Shown here piece by piece: positions 1-22,802 of a stretch of 64,000 nt of DNA. The notes below the pieces were generated by a model. It made no database searches, was not told the DNA's origin, and was given only the letters and a program-made list of their open reading frames with translations. The stretch is from Amoebidium appalachense (Eukaryota; Protista; Ichthyosporea), in assembly GCA_963693365.1 (NCBI GenBank), contig CAVNZM010000007.1:1721979-1785978 (forward strand). The letters run 5' to 3'. Both the position numbers and the translations under genes were made by a program. The first letter of the stretch is position 1. Every line of letters begins with the position of its first letter.

Positions 1-312
1 GAAAATTTATAGCATTATGCTTACATAGTATAGGGGCCAACTCACTTAATGCTTATAAGCTGCCCCCACAGGGCGGTTATTTGCCTGCCCCCACACGGTG
101 ATTATTTGCCTTTGACTATTTCAGGTGGTTGTTTATAATCAAAGTCCCGCATGGTACAGTGAATATGGGCACCCGTTACTAGGATATGCATTAGCCCCTG
201 CTAATGATATCGTGAGGTTCTAACGTTAGTTCAGACGACATAAATTCTTTTACTAGAGTGAAGACAAATGTTTTGGTTGGTGGTTATGAAGATCATCCCC
301 TCACCAACAGAT

Positions 313-378
<66 letters not shown>

Positions 379-939
379 ATCCGGACCCCCTTCTGTTAAC
401 CCTTAATTCTATTTTGCCCCCCCACACACCCAAGCAACTCATGCCCCCACTTTCACCCGTTAAACTGCGCCCACACACTGCTCAACAGCCCCCCCTCCCC
501 CCCCTCCCCCCCCCCCCCCCCCCCCGGCCCTGGCCCGCCTAAGCTTGAAGGCTATTGATTTGAGCCGTGTTATAGGCTGCGCCTCGTGATAGATCATCCG
601 ATATGGACATGCCTGTCACATGCGGTATAGCACACTGGGGTGTTGCAACTAACCTATTATAATATATGTTCAGGGACTTGTGGGGACCCTACCTCTACCC
701 CCGGAGGAGGGGGGGCGGGGGGGTAGGCAGTCTAACAAGGGTCCGAGTTGTCAGAATCCACATGTATTAATGTTTGGGGGGTAGCGGGCAGGGGGGGGGG
801 GAGGGGGGGGGGGGGGGGGGGGGGGATTCCAGACGCTGATGTTCAAATGCATTTGTATACCGTTGTGTTGGGAAGGGGGATGGGTAGGGGGGGGGGGGGG
901 GGGGCAGGGGAACTTCAATTGCAAGGGTAATATTAGTGG

Positions 940-1062
940 AGCACTTCACAAAGTACAACTATACCGTGACGATGAGAAACACGGCGCAGGACACGATGTC
1001 ATCAAGTATGCAGCATCAGCAACGTGCGCAGTATGCAACATAATACGAGAACATCCTTAGGC
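940..1062 (-). mobile_element. Diverged copy of the poly-C-anchored family
   Basis: Reverse complement reads CCTAAGGATG...GCATACTGCGCACGTTGCTGATGCTGCATACTTGA...TTTCTCATCGT, alignable to 7888-7990. Confidence 0.6.
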
Positions 1063-1674
1063 TCTGAGGCGGCCTAAAGCATTTGGGGGAAGTTCAACCG
1101 GGCCAGGGGGAGGGAGGGGCCAGGGGGGAGAACAGAGGTGACCGTCCGGGCAGTCGCCGGGGGGCCCAGGGGGGGGGGGGGGGGGGGGTGGGGAGGGGGG
1201 AGTGGGGGGGGGGGGAGGGGGGGAGTGGGGGGAGGGGGGAAGCAAGACTTGTTCCCATAGTTTCAGGGCGGTGCACACTTGTGTATAATACATGTGTGTG
1301 TGTGGGCACTCAGGGGGAGGCGTACTAGGGGGGGTGGGGAGGGGCAAGGTGTGTGTGTGTGTAAAAGGGGAGTCTCGGGGGAGGGGCCGGGGATCCGGAG
1401 CTGGGGGGGGCAAGAATCTGAAACTATTAGTGTGTGATTGTTCACTTCTCATGGATGTGTGAGCCACAGCGCTAGCAAGGGGGTGAGAAGGGGGGGGGGG
1501 GGGGGGCACGACTTGAGAGCAAGGTCAAATCTTTTCCATGCACAGTCAGTATAACGGCCATGTCTCAAATTCGAGTTGTGGGTGGGTGGGACCGGGGGGG
1601 AGGGGGCGGGCGGGGGAGGAGGAGGCTCCACATGACATTGCAATTCCATGTCTGCTTTTTTTTTTTTGGGTAGC

Positions 1675-1725
<51 letters not shown>

Positions 1726-2524
1726 AAATTCGTCGTGCACTGTGTGTGAGCCCAGGGAGGGAGGGAAGGATGGGGGGAAGGGGAGTGAGGGGGACAAAAT
1801 GGACGACAACCTTGTTTCGGGGTATGTTTGAGGTGCGGGAATGAGGAGGGGGGAGGGGGAGATCTCTAGGAGGTGGGGGAAATTGTTTTGTGTGAGGGGT
1901 GAAGGGCCTTGGGTGGGAGAGGGAGGACATGACTCGAGTGTATGATTGGAGGCACTACTCGAGCACAATGATCAAAAGAAGTGCAGTGTGGGTGTGGGGG
2001 GGCTAGAGTTGAGCAAGACGACGGCAGACTTGCTTCCCATGTGTGTATGTGGAGGGGAGGGGGAGGGGTGGGGGGAAAGGGGGAGGGGAGGGCAAGACTG
2101 CGGGTGGACATCCGAAGAGGAGAGGGAAAGGGGGATTGAAAGACGGTGTGTGCCTGCTCGTGCGTGCTAGGGGAATGGGGGTGGAGACACTTGGGTAGAC
2201 TTTTTACACTCAGCTCAGTTTATTCACATATCGATCAGCCCGGGGCTACAGAGCACGCCGGCACCAATCAACTCGAGGCAGTAATTGAAAAAACAGTAGA
2301 CGGTGCCTGGATCAACCAGACGCCCGCTCAATTATATTTTAAATTTTTAAAAATATACACCAACATAAAAAAGTTGCGGCAGCAGTAGGGATACACCTAG
2401 TGCAGCCCCGCCGCGCACTTCTCCCTATGCTAGGCACGCACGCGTACATACGCCCAAAATCAACCATCTGCACCATACACATTCACACGTGTTTCACCAC
2501 GTGCGTACATGTTTAAAAGTGCAT

Positions 2525-5263
<2,739 letters not shown>

Positions 5264-5326
5264 GGTGATTGTTTTAGCTGCTTTGACTCACAGGGTATTC
5301 TGAGGATGGCAGCAATTTTTCTGAGC

Positions 5327-5470
5327 TTTTATAGTCTGAGCTTCGGCGAATTACCGCACATGGCAATTCCAAATATAGCGTGAGGTTGCAGTGTATCAAC
5401 CAATCGTCGCGGCGTATCATGTTCTGTCGTCGATTGGAGCTAAGAGAATATGGTGATCCGTAGCCAATGT
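5327..5470 (-). promoter_or_regulatory. Enolase proximal promoter (TATAAAA plus CCAAT boxes)
   Basis: TATAAAA on the minus strand at 5333-5327, about 65 nt upstream of the ATG; CCAAT/ATTGG motifs near 5401, 5433 and 5464. Confidence 0.55.
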
Positions 5471-7777
5471 ATGCCGCCTTTTTGACACGCCGGCGCTGAA
5501 TGATCATAGTAATCCTTCTTCCATGCAAGAGTATTTTTGTCGATATACGTAAATAAATTCATTTATTTTGCAAAATAAATTCAAACATATGATATCTCAC
5601 GGCCCAGAATGTCTGCTTGCTTTACAGTACTCCTCTGAGCTTGGAACACTGCATGCACAGACCTACATAAATTTTCAATAGCCAATCATTCTAAAGCTTT
5701 TCCCGATAGAATGTGGCTTCAGCCGCCCGGTTACATGTTTTCGCGCCATTCTTTTTAATGTTTATTAACAATTGGATTATGGGCGCGATTGGAGCTGTTT
5801 AAATTAGTTAAATAGAAAACAAGTCCTACGTCACGGCTTCCATATGCCCTTGGTCGTGAGCCAATCGTGACTTCGTGTGCGTGGGAGACAGTGACCACTG
5901 GTGAAGACTTGTCTCTGTACCTGTAGAGAATTTAAGATCGCTATATAGGATTTCCTTTGTGATTATACAGTCTGCTGTTTTACAACCAAAAAATTACAAC
6001 ATCAACCGATTGATTTCTTAAGAAAAGAATTGTTTTTGACACGACCTGTCGAAAGTTCGGGAATATTGGTTCACGGGATTGTCACGCAGCTAGATCGCCA
6101 TTTTGAGTAAGGTATATAACTTCTTTTGATTGGCTGCCATAGCAGCATGCACCGAAACTTTTTCCATGCATGCCATATATGGTGAACACAATCGCAAAAT
6201 TACCAAATAAGGAAGGAGATGATACGCCTAGACTTCCGAAAGCGTCCTGTTGCTTTTTTCATTTTCACGTTTTCTTTTCACCTTCCTCGTCTTGGCATGA
6301 AGGCCTTCGTTTTGTGGGGCAGACTTGGTTTCAGGGCAAGCTTAGCATACAGGTTTAGTAAGTGACGCGTGCTAGGAAATAGCATAGAGTATATTTTGTG
6401 TGAAGATCGCGCGTAGGAGCACTGGGTATATGCATAAGCAAGTGCTGAGGACCATCGACACTGCTTGGGCCACGACGGTCAGATGTTTCGAGCATGACTG
6501 GCCGGCTGCTTCATAGAGGTTGGTTTAGCTCGGATTAGGTCACTGGCTATGTGGATCATGCATTACTTTAATGGCCCGCTTTTGCTACGGTTTGACGCGT
6601 TTGAGATTGTCCCGTTGTAAGATCAACCATCGGTGGCGCCTTGCTCGAGAACTGTCCAATAAAACTTCCGGTCGACCGTGTGACTGTGTTCCGGTTGAGC
6701 TTTGTATGGCGTAGTGCGAAGGAAACTGCTTTTCATCCCCGTCCTATCCCCCCTCCCCCCCCCCCCCCACCCACACATTCACCCAGCCCGGGTTCTTTGA
6801 CAATCTGTTACACCTGCTTCTGCCCCACACATCCTTGTTTTTTGGTTATCTGGCAGCCTTGTGTGCTTGTAGTCCTTTGCACACTTACCTGTTGACATGT
6901 TCTTGTTGACATTTAAAGTATACCCCCGCTCCAACTCCTCTTGTTATGATCATAAATCTGCTTCATTGGCAACTGCACCACTTTACACGTGTTATTCTTC
7001 GAAAACTGATGTCGGTGCCCTTGTCCCCTTCCCCTTCCCCTCTTCCCCTTCTCCTTCGTCCCGCCCCCCGTCCTCCATCCCCTTGCAAATGCCCCACCTT
7101 GACCCGTGTGCTTGTGGTGCATTCTTTGGAGGTGTCCTCTTGGTTTGCATAATATGCCTCCCCCCAAAAATCCCTACCCCCACCAAGATGCCCTTGTTAG
7201 AAACTCGGGTACCTTGAAAGACTTCCCCCCCCCCCCCCCCCCCCCTCCCCCCTCTGCCCCCTTCCCCTTCCCTTATCTCCTCCCTCTTTTTAGGGAAATT
7301 CGGTTGCTGCCAAACAGTTCCTTCCCCTCCCACACACACCTCTTTTGCCCCTCCCCCCTCCCCCCCCCCCCCCTCGCTCCCCTCCTCTCCTCAGCTTCAC
7401 CTCAAACCTGGTGATCGTCTATGCTCAGTTTGCATTCTTGACTTTAGGCTTTGCACTGTGCAACACATATCCCCCCCCCCCCCCCCCCCCCCCCCCCTCC
7501 CCCTTGCCCCCCGCCCCGTGACCCAAGAACTTGCCGTGGTTCTTGCGTTGCATGCTTTGATTGTTCTCTTTTGATACCGTGAACTGATCCCCCGCGCCCA
7601 CCCGCCCGCCCGCCTGCCTACCCTCATCCACAAGCTTCCCTTGAACCGACTTCCCTCTCCTCTTCCCCCCTTCCCTCCCCCCCCCCCCCCCCCCCCTGTT
7701 TTATCCCATCCACAAGCTTCCCTTAAACCGACTTGCTCCCCCCCCCCCCCCCCCCCCCTCCCCCCCCTCCTCCCCCC

Positions 7778-8022
7778 GACGGGTTGAGCCCTCCCAAGTT
7801 CAGTTGATGCTGCTGTCTGAGTTGGAGAGTCGTATTTACGCGGGCTAAGGGGTCGAAACTCAGACGCAATTGATGACTTTGGCCCTCCCTGAGGATGGGC
7901 TCTGCTAATGACGCATACTGTGCGCATGGCTGATGTTGCATACTTGAATGTTTGCCTTTGCATGTGTGCTGCACCATGCTTCTCATCGTGTATGCGTACT
8001 TCGTACCGTGTTCCGCATTCAA
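7778..8022 (+). mobile_element. Poly-C-anchored element, subfamily 2
   Basis: Shares CTGAGTTGG...GTCGAAACTC...GATGAC.TGGCCC.CCCTGAGGATGGGCTCTGCT...GTACTTCGTAC...GCATTCAA with subfamily 1; poly-C on both sides. Confidence 0.8.
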
Positions 8023-8044
8023 CCCCCCCCCCCCCCCCCCCCCC

Positions 8045-8466
8045 CACTCACCCCCATCCACAATCTTCCGTGAGGATGGGATGTATATGTTTTGAATGCT
8101 GTGGATTTTCTCTCGTCGTATTTAGCCACCCCCTTAGCTCCCCATTCTCCCCCCCTCCTCTCCCCATCCCCCGCCTGGCAATCTCTGCCCATCCAAGACT
8201 GGAACCGACTTCCCTCTCCTCTACCCCCCCTTCCCCCCCTGTTTTATCCCATCCACAAGCTTCCCTTAAACCGACTTCCTCCCCTCCTCCCCCTCCCCCC
8301 CCCCCCCACTAACCCCCATCCACAACCTTCCCTGAGGATGGGATGTATATGTGTTGGATGCTGTGGATTTTCTCTCGTCGTATTTAGCCACCCCCTCAGC
8401 TCCCCATTCTCCCCCCCTCCCCTCCCCATCCCCCGCCTGGCAATCTCTGCCCATCCAAGACTGGAA
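8045..8466. repeat. ~160-bp direct duplication (period ~262), each copy containing TGAGGATGGG
   Basis: 8045-8204 and 8307-8466 are nearly identical; the related motif CCATCCACAAGCTTCCCTTAAACCGACTT also recurs at ~7625, ~7707 and ~8250. Confidence 0.8.
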
Positions 8467-9140
8467 ATGGGAGGATGGGCTGTGATTGTGTTGCAAAGAT
8501 TGTGTTCTCTTCTGCTTGTCTGCTTCACTATCTCGGTGATTACTGTAGGTCTAATCCTGGAACCATCTTCCCCCCCTTCCCTCCCCCCTCCCCCCCTCCC
8601 CCCAATAGGAAACCCCCTGATGATGGGCTCTGTTCAAGTGTCTTCTGCCTGCACACTTACATTGCTTGATTTGGGGTTTTTCATTTTTGTGACGTTTTGT
8701 TGTTGTCCTCTGGTGCCTCCTCCATATATCCAGCCCTCTAACGCATACATCAACCCCCCCCCCCCCCCCCCCCCCCCCCGCGCCCAGGGATAGCATACAC
8801 AAACACAGACCACCACTATTCTTCCGTCATCTCGAATGGGCTATCCTTCTGTCTTCTTCTAGAACCCTGCAGCTGTTCCAAGCATCTCTCAATGTTGTTA
8901 GACATATGCTGCATACCATTGCCACTTGATTGAACTATTCACCCTCCACCCCAACACACACACACACAAGCACACACACACATACACAAACACCACCACA
9001 ACACCACCCTGCAGGGTACTTCTCTCGACAGCAACTAACTCCTGCACAAGCTCTCCTGTATGCATGTATATTTATTATGTAGCTGGTAAATGGCAATGTG
9101 GTTACCCATTCCCCTCTCTGTACACTCTCCTCCTCTCCCC

Positions 9141-9171
<31 letters not shown>

Positions 9172-9468
9172 ACACACCCTCTCCCAGGCGCCTCTTCTCC
9201 CTCCCCTTCTCCCTCTTCCCCCCTTTTTTCTTTTTTTGCATTTGCCCTTTCCTTTTACTCTAGCTAACCTCCACTCCATCTACCGGCTTCACTAAGAATT
9301 CTTTGGCTGTCCGTAATCACTGACATGCTTTCTTTGGGGCTGTTGCTTTTGTCCCCTTTCCTGCAACCCTCCCGGCCTTCTACTTACACCACACACTTTC
9401 ACCCAATCGGAAGATTGGTTCCCCCAGTAACCTCATCTCTCTCTCTTTCTCTCTCTCTCACTCCCCCT

Positions 9469-9499
<31 letters not shown>

Positions 9500-9607
9500 C
9501 TCTTTCTTTCCAACACACGATTCTGTAAACAGGTAATTGAGTTGGTCTTCGTTTGTGACTGACGACATGCAGCTTCTTTGTATTCGTCTCGGCTGCTTCT
9601 CTCTCTC

Positions 9608-9640
<33 letters not shown>

Positions 9641-9848
9641 ATCCTCCCCTTCTCTCTCTCTCCCCTCCCCCCCCCCCCCCCCCCCTCCCTTCTTCCTGGC
9701 TGTGTTGCACTCACTGATGTCTGCTGCCATTCATCCCCTCGCCTGCACCACCCCTACCTCTTTTTTTTGCTCTGTATTTGCTCGGGTCTTTGTGTAGAGG
9801 CCCAAAGTGTGTGTTCCAAATCACCCCCCTCCCACCTCCCCGCTCCCC

Positions 9849-9980
9849 GTGATGACTTGGCCCACCCCTGAGGAGAAGACTCTGCTTGTGATGTGATACT
9901 CTGTGTGTGTCCTTGGCAAAGTCTGCATTGCATGGTCGGCCACAATTGTGTAGTTGTAACTTTGTACTGCATTATAGCAT
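9849..9980 (+). mobile_element. Diverged copy of the poly-C-anchored family
   Basis: GATGACTTGGCCCACCCCTGAGGA...CTCTGCT...ACTTTGTAC, ending in poly-C. Confidence 0.6.
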
Positions 9981-10010
9981 CCCCCCCCCCCCCCCCCCAA
10001 AAAAGGAGAG

Positions 10011-10047
<37 letters not shown>

Positions 10048-10074
10048 CACACACAAACATAAAGCCACCCCCCC

Positions 10075-10105
<31 letters not shown>

Positions 10106-10337
10106 CTCTCCACCTCTTCCGTGTTTCTTTCTGTACACACACGTTTGCCACTTCTTTTGTCTATTTTATTGCACCCTCGTATATATCCCCCCCCCCCCCC
10201 CCCCCCCCCCCCCGGGGCACTTGGATGATTGCCCCCCCCTTCCTCCTCCCCCCTCCCCCCGCTTTGCGTTTTATGCATACTCTTTATGTGTACTTTGCAC
10301 TCTGCATTGTGTTGTCCGTTATGACTGTGATTTCTAG

Positions 10338-10385
<48 letters not shown>

Positions 10386-10911
10386 CCCCCCTCCCCCCCT
10401 CTCCCTGCAGCTGTACACACATTACACGCACATTTGGCCACACATGACACCACCCACACTTACACAGTGGTACATAGTGCATTCCTGTACCTTTCAATAA
10501 CCGCCCAAGAGTGTAATGATAGTAGCCTTCCCCCCCCCCCCCCCCCCCCCCCCCACCACACACACACACGTGTCTCTCTCTCTCATTCTCTCTTTCTCTC
10601 TCTCTCTCTCTCTTCCCTCTCCCCCTCCCTCCCTCCCCCCCCCCTCCCGTGTTCAATAGTTCCCAGCAAAGCACACAAGCAAAGGGGGGAAGGATCTTCA
10701 AGCATGCTGTGAGCTCTGTTGCACATGTTTAGTTATGTATGCCAACAAGCCTTTCCTCGGGCTGTCTTCCTCCTTGCATAGCTGCACCCTTTTGCTTTTT
10801 GGGCTTCCTTGCACTCCCTGCCAAGCCGACTTCGGCCTGTTGATCATGACTTTCTCTGGATCATTGTTATTGTCGATTGCTTAAACGACTATAATTGTCT
10901 GTCTTTCCGGC

Positions 10912-10952
<41 letters not shown>

Positions 10953-11103
10953 GCCCCCTAACTCAGCCTCGAATCCTTCTCCCTTTTTCCTCTCGTCTAC
11001 TCGTTTTTGTGGCTTGGCTTGTATCTCTACCATTCAATGCATACATCCCCCCTGCTCCCTCCCTCCCCTGCCCCGTTCGTCTTTGTGACTTGAATGATCC
11101 ATA

Positions 11104-11143
<40 letters not shown>

Positions 11144-11247
11144 CCCTGCACCCCTGCCCCTGCCACAAAGGCTTTATGTCTGCTTTGCACTCTGCCTCGT
11201 ACTTGAAAAGGCATTCTAACCTCCCCCCCCCACCCCCCTCCCCACCT

Positions 11248-11284
<37 letters not shown>

Positions 11285-11521
11285 CCCGTCTTTTCCGTTT
11301 TGTTGAACTTGTCATGGTTCTGTGTCCCATTCTGTAATGCATGTCCCCCCCCCCCCCCCCCCCCCGCCTGCCTGCCTGCCTGCCTGCCAAAACCACTTAT
11401 GACCACCAATCACCTCCTAAGCTCTTTTTTTTTTTTTTTTTTTTTTTCCCCTAAAAATCTTTCCTTTGGATACCCTCTACGCCCAATTCTCCCATCTCAT
11501 TCATCTCGCCCCCCCCCCCCC

Positions 11522-11552
<31 letters not shown>

Positions 11553-11779
11553 ACACACACTACTTAGTCAATTCTGATTTCCATTGTTGGCTGTGAATGA
11601 GCTCTTACTCTGTAACACAAACTAACCCCCTATTCCTGGGGTCTCCGGCATTCTAACCTGCCCCCTCCTCCTCCCCCCCCCCCCCCCTCCCCCCTCCTCC
11701 CCCTTCCCCTCTCTCCAACAGGAAAGGAATACATGCACATGCACACACACGCATGCATGCAACGTGCCGTTCGCACAAG

Positions 11780-11833
<54 letters not shown>

Positions 11834-12246
11834 CCCCTTACCTTCTCGTCAAACCCCCGACCCCCCCCCCCCCCCCTCTCCCCCCGGGCCCTCGCCCCCT
11901 CCCCCCCCCCCCCCCCCCCGCCCCGCCCCGCCCTTCCAGGGAGCTGCATGTCTGTGTTCATCCGGAGGGGAGGACCCTGAGGGTAGTCTCTGTGTGGGTG
12001 TGGGGGGGAGGGGGGGGGGGGCTTGAATGTGACTCAGGTACGTAGTATGTGTAGTGAGAGAGGGTTTTGCGTCTTCCTGTGGCCTGAGAGTCTCCCAAAA
12101 CAGTTTCCCTGTTCAAATTTCTTGCCTGCACTTTCGTTTCAGTTCTCCCTTTTTTTATCTCGGGTCCTCCTCCCCTCCCCATTGGTACGATTTGTCTGAT
12201 ATCTGACGATTCTGCAGCATCCCTAAGATCCCCCGGTCCCCCTTCC

Positions 12247-12365
<119 letters not shown>

Positions 12366-12860
12366 GCTTGTTGTTTTGCTTGTCATTTGTTGTTCTGGTT
12401 GATTACCTGTAATCTTCGCCTTTTTATGTGTGTGTGTGTGTGTATGTATGTTGTGCGGGGTTGCACACACCGGTGTCTACTTTTCTTCCTACTGTTTTTC
12501 TCTCCACACGCTTCATCTGTCCACTTCTGCATACCCCCTCTCATAGCTATAGACACCCTTCACACATTGCGTTACGCGCACGCATGCACACACCGCTCGG
12601 TTGGCGACAGCTCCCTTGGAACCCATGCGGCATGGTAACCGCCGACGTAACATAACTCGGACTATCGCAATGTTTGGCTTTTTTCAAGCCCAAAGCAATG
12701 GGTGATACTATATTTCCGGCTGACATCCGGGGGCATAGCTTTCCGTTCGAAGACGTTAAAGTTCCGCCCTAGTAAGCGTGTTACTACCCTGCGGCGTGGG
12801 TCAAATCACATATTTTCCCCTCTGATTGCGAATTCTGCGGCCTTCGGGACTTAATTCTTT

Positions 12861-13640
12861 TCAGCTGGTGTAGTTAGCCAGGGAAGTATCGACTTAGGCA
12901 GCGACGGGGGAGCTTCCCAGAAGCCCCGTCTCCTGAGTTCCTCGTCTCCTGAGTTCCTATCTATATTTTTCTTGCTTCTTCTTACTGCTGCGACTTTAAC
13001 CCCCGGCCTTTCCCACTGCCCTTGCCTGCATAAGCAACCCTGCTCGTCTCTGATCAAGACGGGTGACCTACCCATGTTCAAGTGACACAGTATCTGAGTT
13101 GGGTTTCGTTAACGAGGTGAATAGGTCGAAAATCGGGTACTGTGGATGACGTGGCCCCCCCCTGAGGATGGGCTCTGCTTAATATGCATACTTATCAGAA
13201 TAATTGTGGAGCAGAGACAGGGTTCGGTCTTGTGACCTCTGTAAGAGACAATCACTTCTACATAGCGGATCGAGAGTAGAGAGGTTTCGCAGGAAGTGGT
13301 TTGAGATCTCGGATCCTCGGGTACAATCTGAGGATGGTCCGGCTGCTTTATATACCTGCGCGGATGCCAGTCCGCGTCGCTCCGCGAACACATCGTCCAA
13401 TAGGGTTACAGATAGACTAGAGGCCCATCGGGTTTATGTACTAGCCAATAGGAAGACAGTTATGGTTCCTGGCGTATGTGGCCCCAGGCATAGGCGGGAA
13501 CAGGCTAAGTACGTGACTGGGAAGAGCAGGAATAAACAGATAGACTATTCTATCATAACAATACTCTCTATGTATGGCTTGCATTCTGCATCGTGTTATT
13601 CGTTTGTTCTTGTGTACTTCGTACTTTATGACGCATTCAA
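12861..13640 (+). mobile_element. Poly-C-anchored element, subfamily 1, long copy interrupted by an LTR-like insert
   Basis: Colinear with the reverse complement of 57296-57691 from TCAGCTGGTG to GCATTCAA, then a C run; the ORF track shows the same translated segment ([15 protein letters not shown]...) at both loci. Confidence 0.88.
13192..13560 (-). mobile_element. Solo-LTR-like insertion (369 bp) with 4-bp target-site duplication ATAC
   Basis: The empty site GCATACTCT is seen in the sister copies at ~3110 and ~57372; ATAC occurs at 13188-13191 and 13561-13564. The minus strand begins TGTTATGA and has ATTGG boxes followed by TATATAAA. The far end (..TGATAA) lacks the terminal CA. Confidence 0.7.
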
Positions 13641-13727
13641 CCCCCTCCCCCCCCCCCCCCCCCCCCCCTTCTTCCCCAGGCTCCCCCACCCCCCACCCCA
13701 CCCCCCCCTCCCCCGGTGTAGCTGCCC

Positions 13728-13759
<32 letters not shown>

Positions 13760-14585
13760 ATACACACCACCGCCACCCCCTCTCCCAATAATCTTCCCGC
13801 TTCCACTGCTCTCTCTCTCATTGCATTCAAATAGATTAAATTTTGCTTCATGGAAAGCAAGCTACATATGCGACTTGCAGACTAGTGATGACAATGGCAC
13901 CGGTCGGCCAATACTTCTTGAGGTTTTTAAAGATGATCCAGGCCTGGCCATGGTGATGCTCGTTTTGAGCCACCGAAAATGCTGTGAATTCGATAAAGCC
14001 AAAATTCTCCTGTGTAATTGTAGCCGACACATCCCCCCCCCCTCCCCCCCCCCCCCCCAACACACACACATCCAACCACATACACGCAGTGTCGCACCGC
14101 CGCCACCACCACCACCATGCCCACACAGGCCCCCGGGCAACTTGATACACACACACCCAAACCCAACACGTGTACACACACGCGCACTGGCACCGGGTTT
14201 CCTGCATAAATTAAAAGCTATTTCGAGCTCACTGAACCGTCCTTCCTTTGCACATGTTGTACATGATGTTCTTCTTTTCTGCCACCACTCCACCATGTTT
14301 TTCGAAGGCCCAACTGTTACGACCGTCTGAGCACCTGGCTTTTCAAATTTCTCGGTCGCCTTTACCCTTAAGAATTTTGAGTGTAAACGGTAAGCCAATC
14401 AGATCGTTCGTTTTGTTTTATTAAATATAAGTTAACAGTTTGTCTCATTTGAAGTGTTCCGATTGGCTAAAAGTCATCCACAATTTGTGGGAACTGCGGG
14501 AAGGATGGCCCGTAGGCACGTGATCGGACTCGGACCCAGCATGCAGGAGAAGGAGGGAAGGGAAAGGGTGGGTACGTGTGTGTGT

Positions 14586-14633
<48 letters not shown>

Positions 14634-15586
14634 CTTGATGGCAGAATGATGCAGTACTGTTAATAAAATGCTCTTTTGCTGGTGTGAAAGCTTTTTATAA
14701 TCAATAAGTCACAACCATTTATATTCGGCCCTGAATACATCGTAAATAATCCATACCGTATTCATGGTATAGGAACCTGAAGAACACCTTCGGAGCTGAT
14801 TGATAGTGGTGAGGGTTTGTAAACGTCGTGCGTGTGCATGCTTTGCACTTGTGCTGTGGTCTGTAGTATGAAGTCATCAACAAATCATCCGGAATCTCGA
14901 TTCATGTTCAACTTAATATGAATTCCATAACCGACTCGTGTTTATCGAAAATAAGGTGTCGAACCATTTTTAGTCTTGCAAAATTATTATTACCCTGGAA
15001 AGGCCGAGTTCAATTCATCAAGAAGGATGTTTATTGATGGGATTGCAAAAATGCATGCATGTACTTACGCGTGCACGTGCGAGCGATTTAGAGACACATA
15101 TGCACACGGATGATAGGCAACCAGGCCTGTGCATCCCTAGCCTACAAGGCGTGACAATGATAAGTTAACATTGTTAAGCTGAGCGGGACATCAATAAGTT
15201 GAACTTGAGGACGGCAATAAAAAAGGATGGTTTAAAATACAGTTGGAATCGCCCCTTGCGCCACTTACATAGAAATGATACGAGAATCATTATGCCAAAG
15301 CAACAACACTATATCAGTAACTGGAAGGATGAAAAACATAAAACCAAATTTAACCTTTTCCCTCTCATACAAATGGCATGCACATTGATACTGCCACGCG
15401 GGTCCATAGATTCTAAAGTCACTAGAATTCATTGTGATGTATGTATTACGGTACAACACACCCATTTGCATTACATAAGGGCTCGCTGCGGCAACATGAT
15501 TTTTAGTACGACTAAGCTGTAAGAGAGCCTATACTACTGGCAAATAATTTCTGACTCATAAAGCCGGTGTAAACCACATGTGAAAA

Positions 15587-22802
<7,216 letters not shown>

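Noticed and set aside
5299-5310. CTGAGGATGG in the enolase 5' region (also at ~13328)
   Set aside because: Isolated 10-mer matches without the flanking family sequence or the covarying stems.
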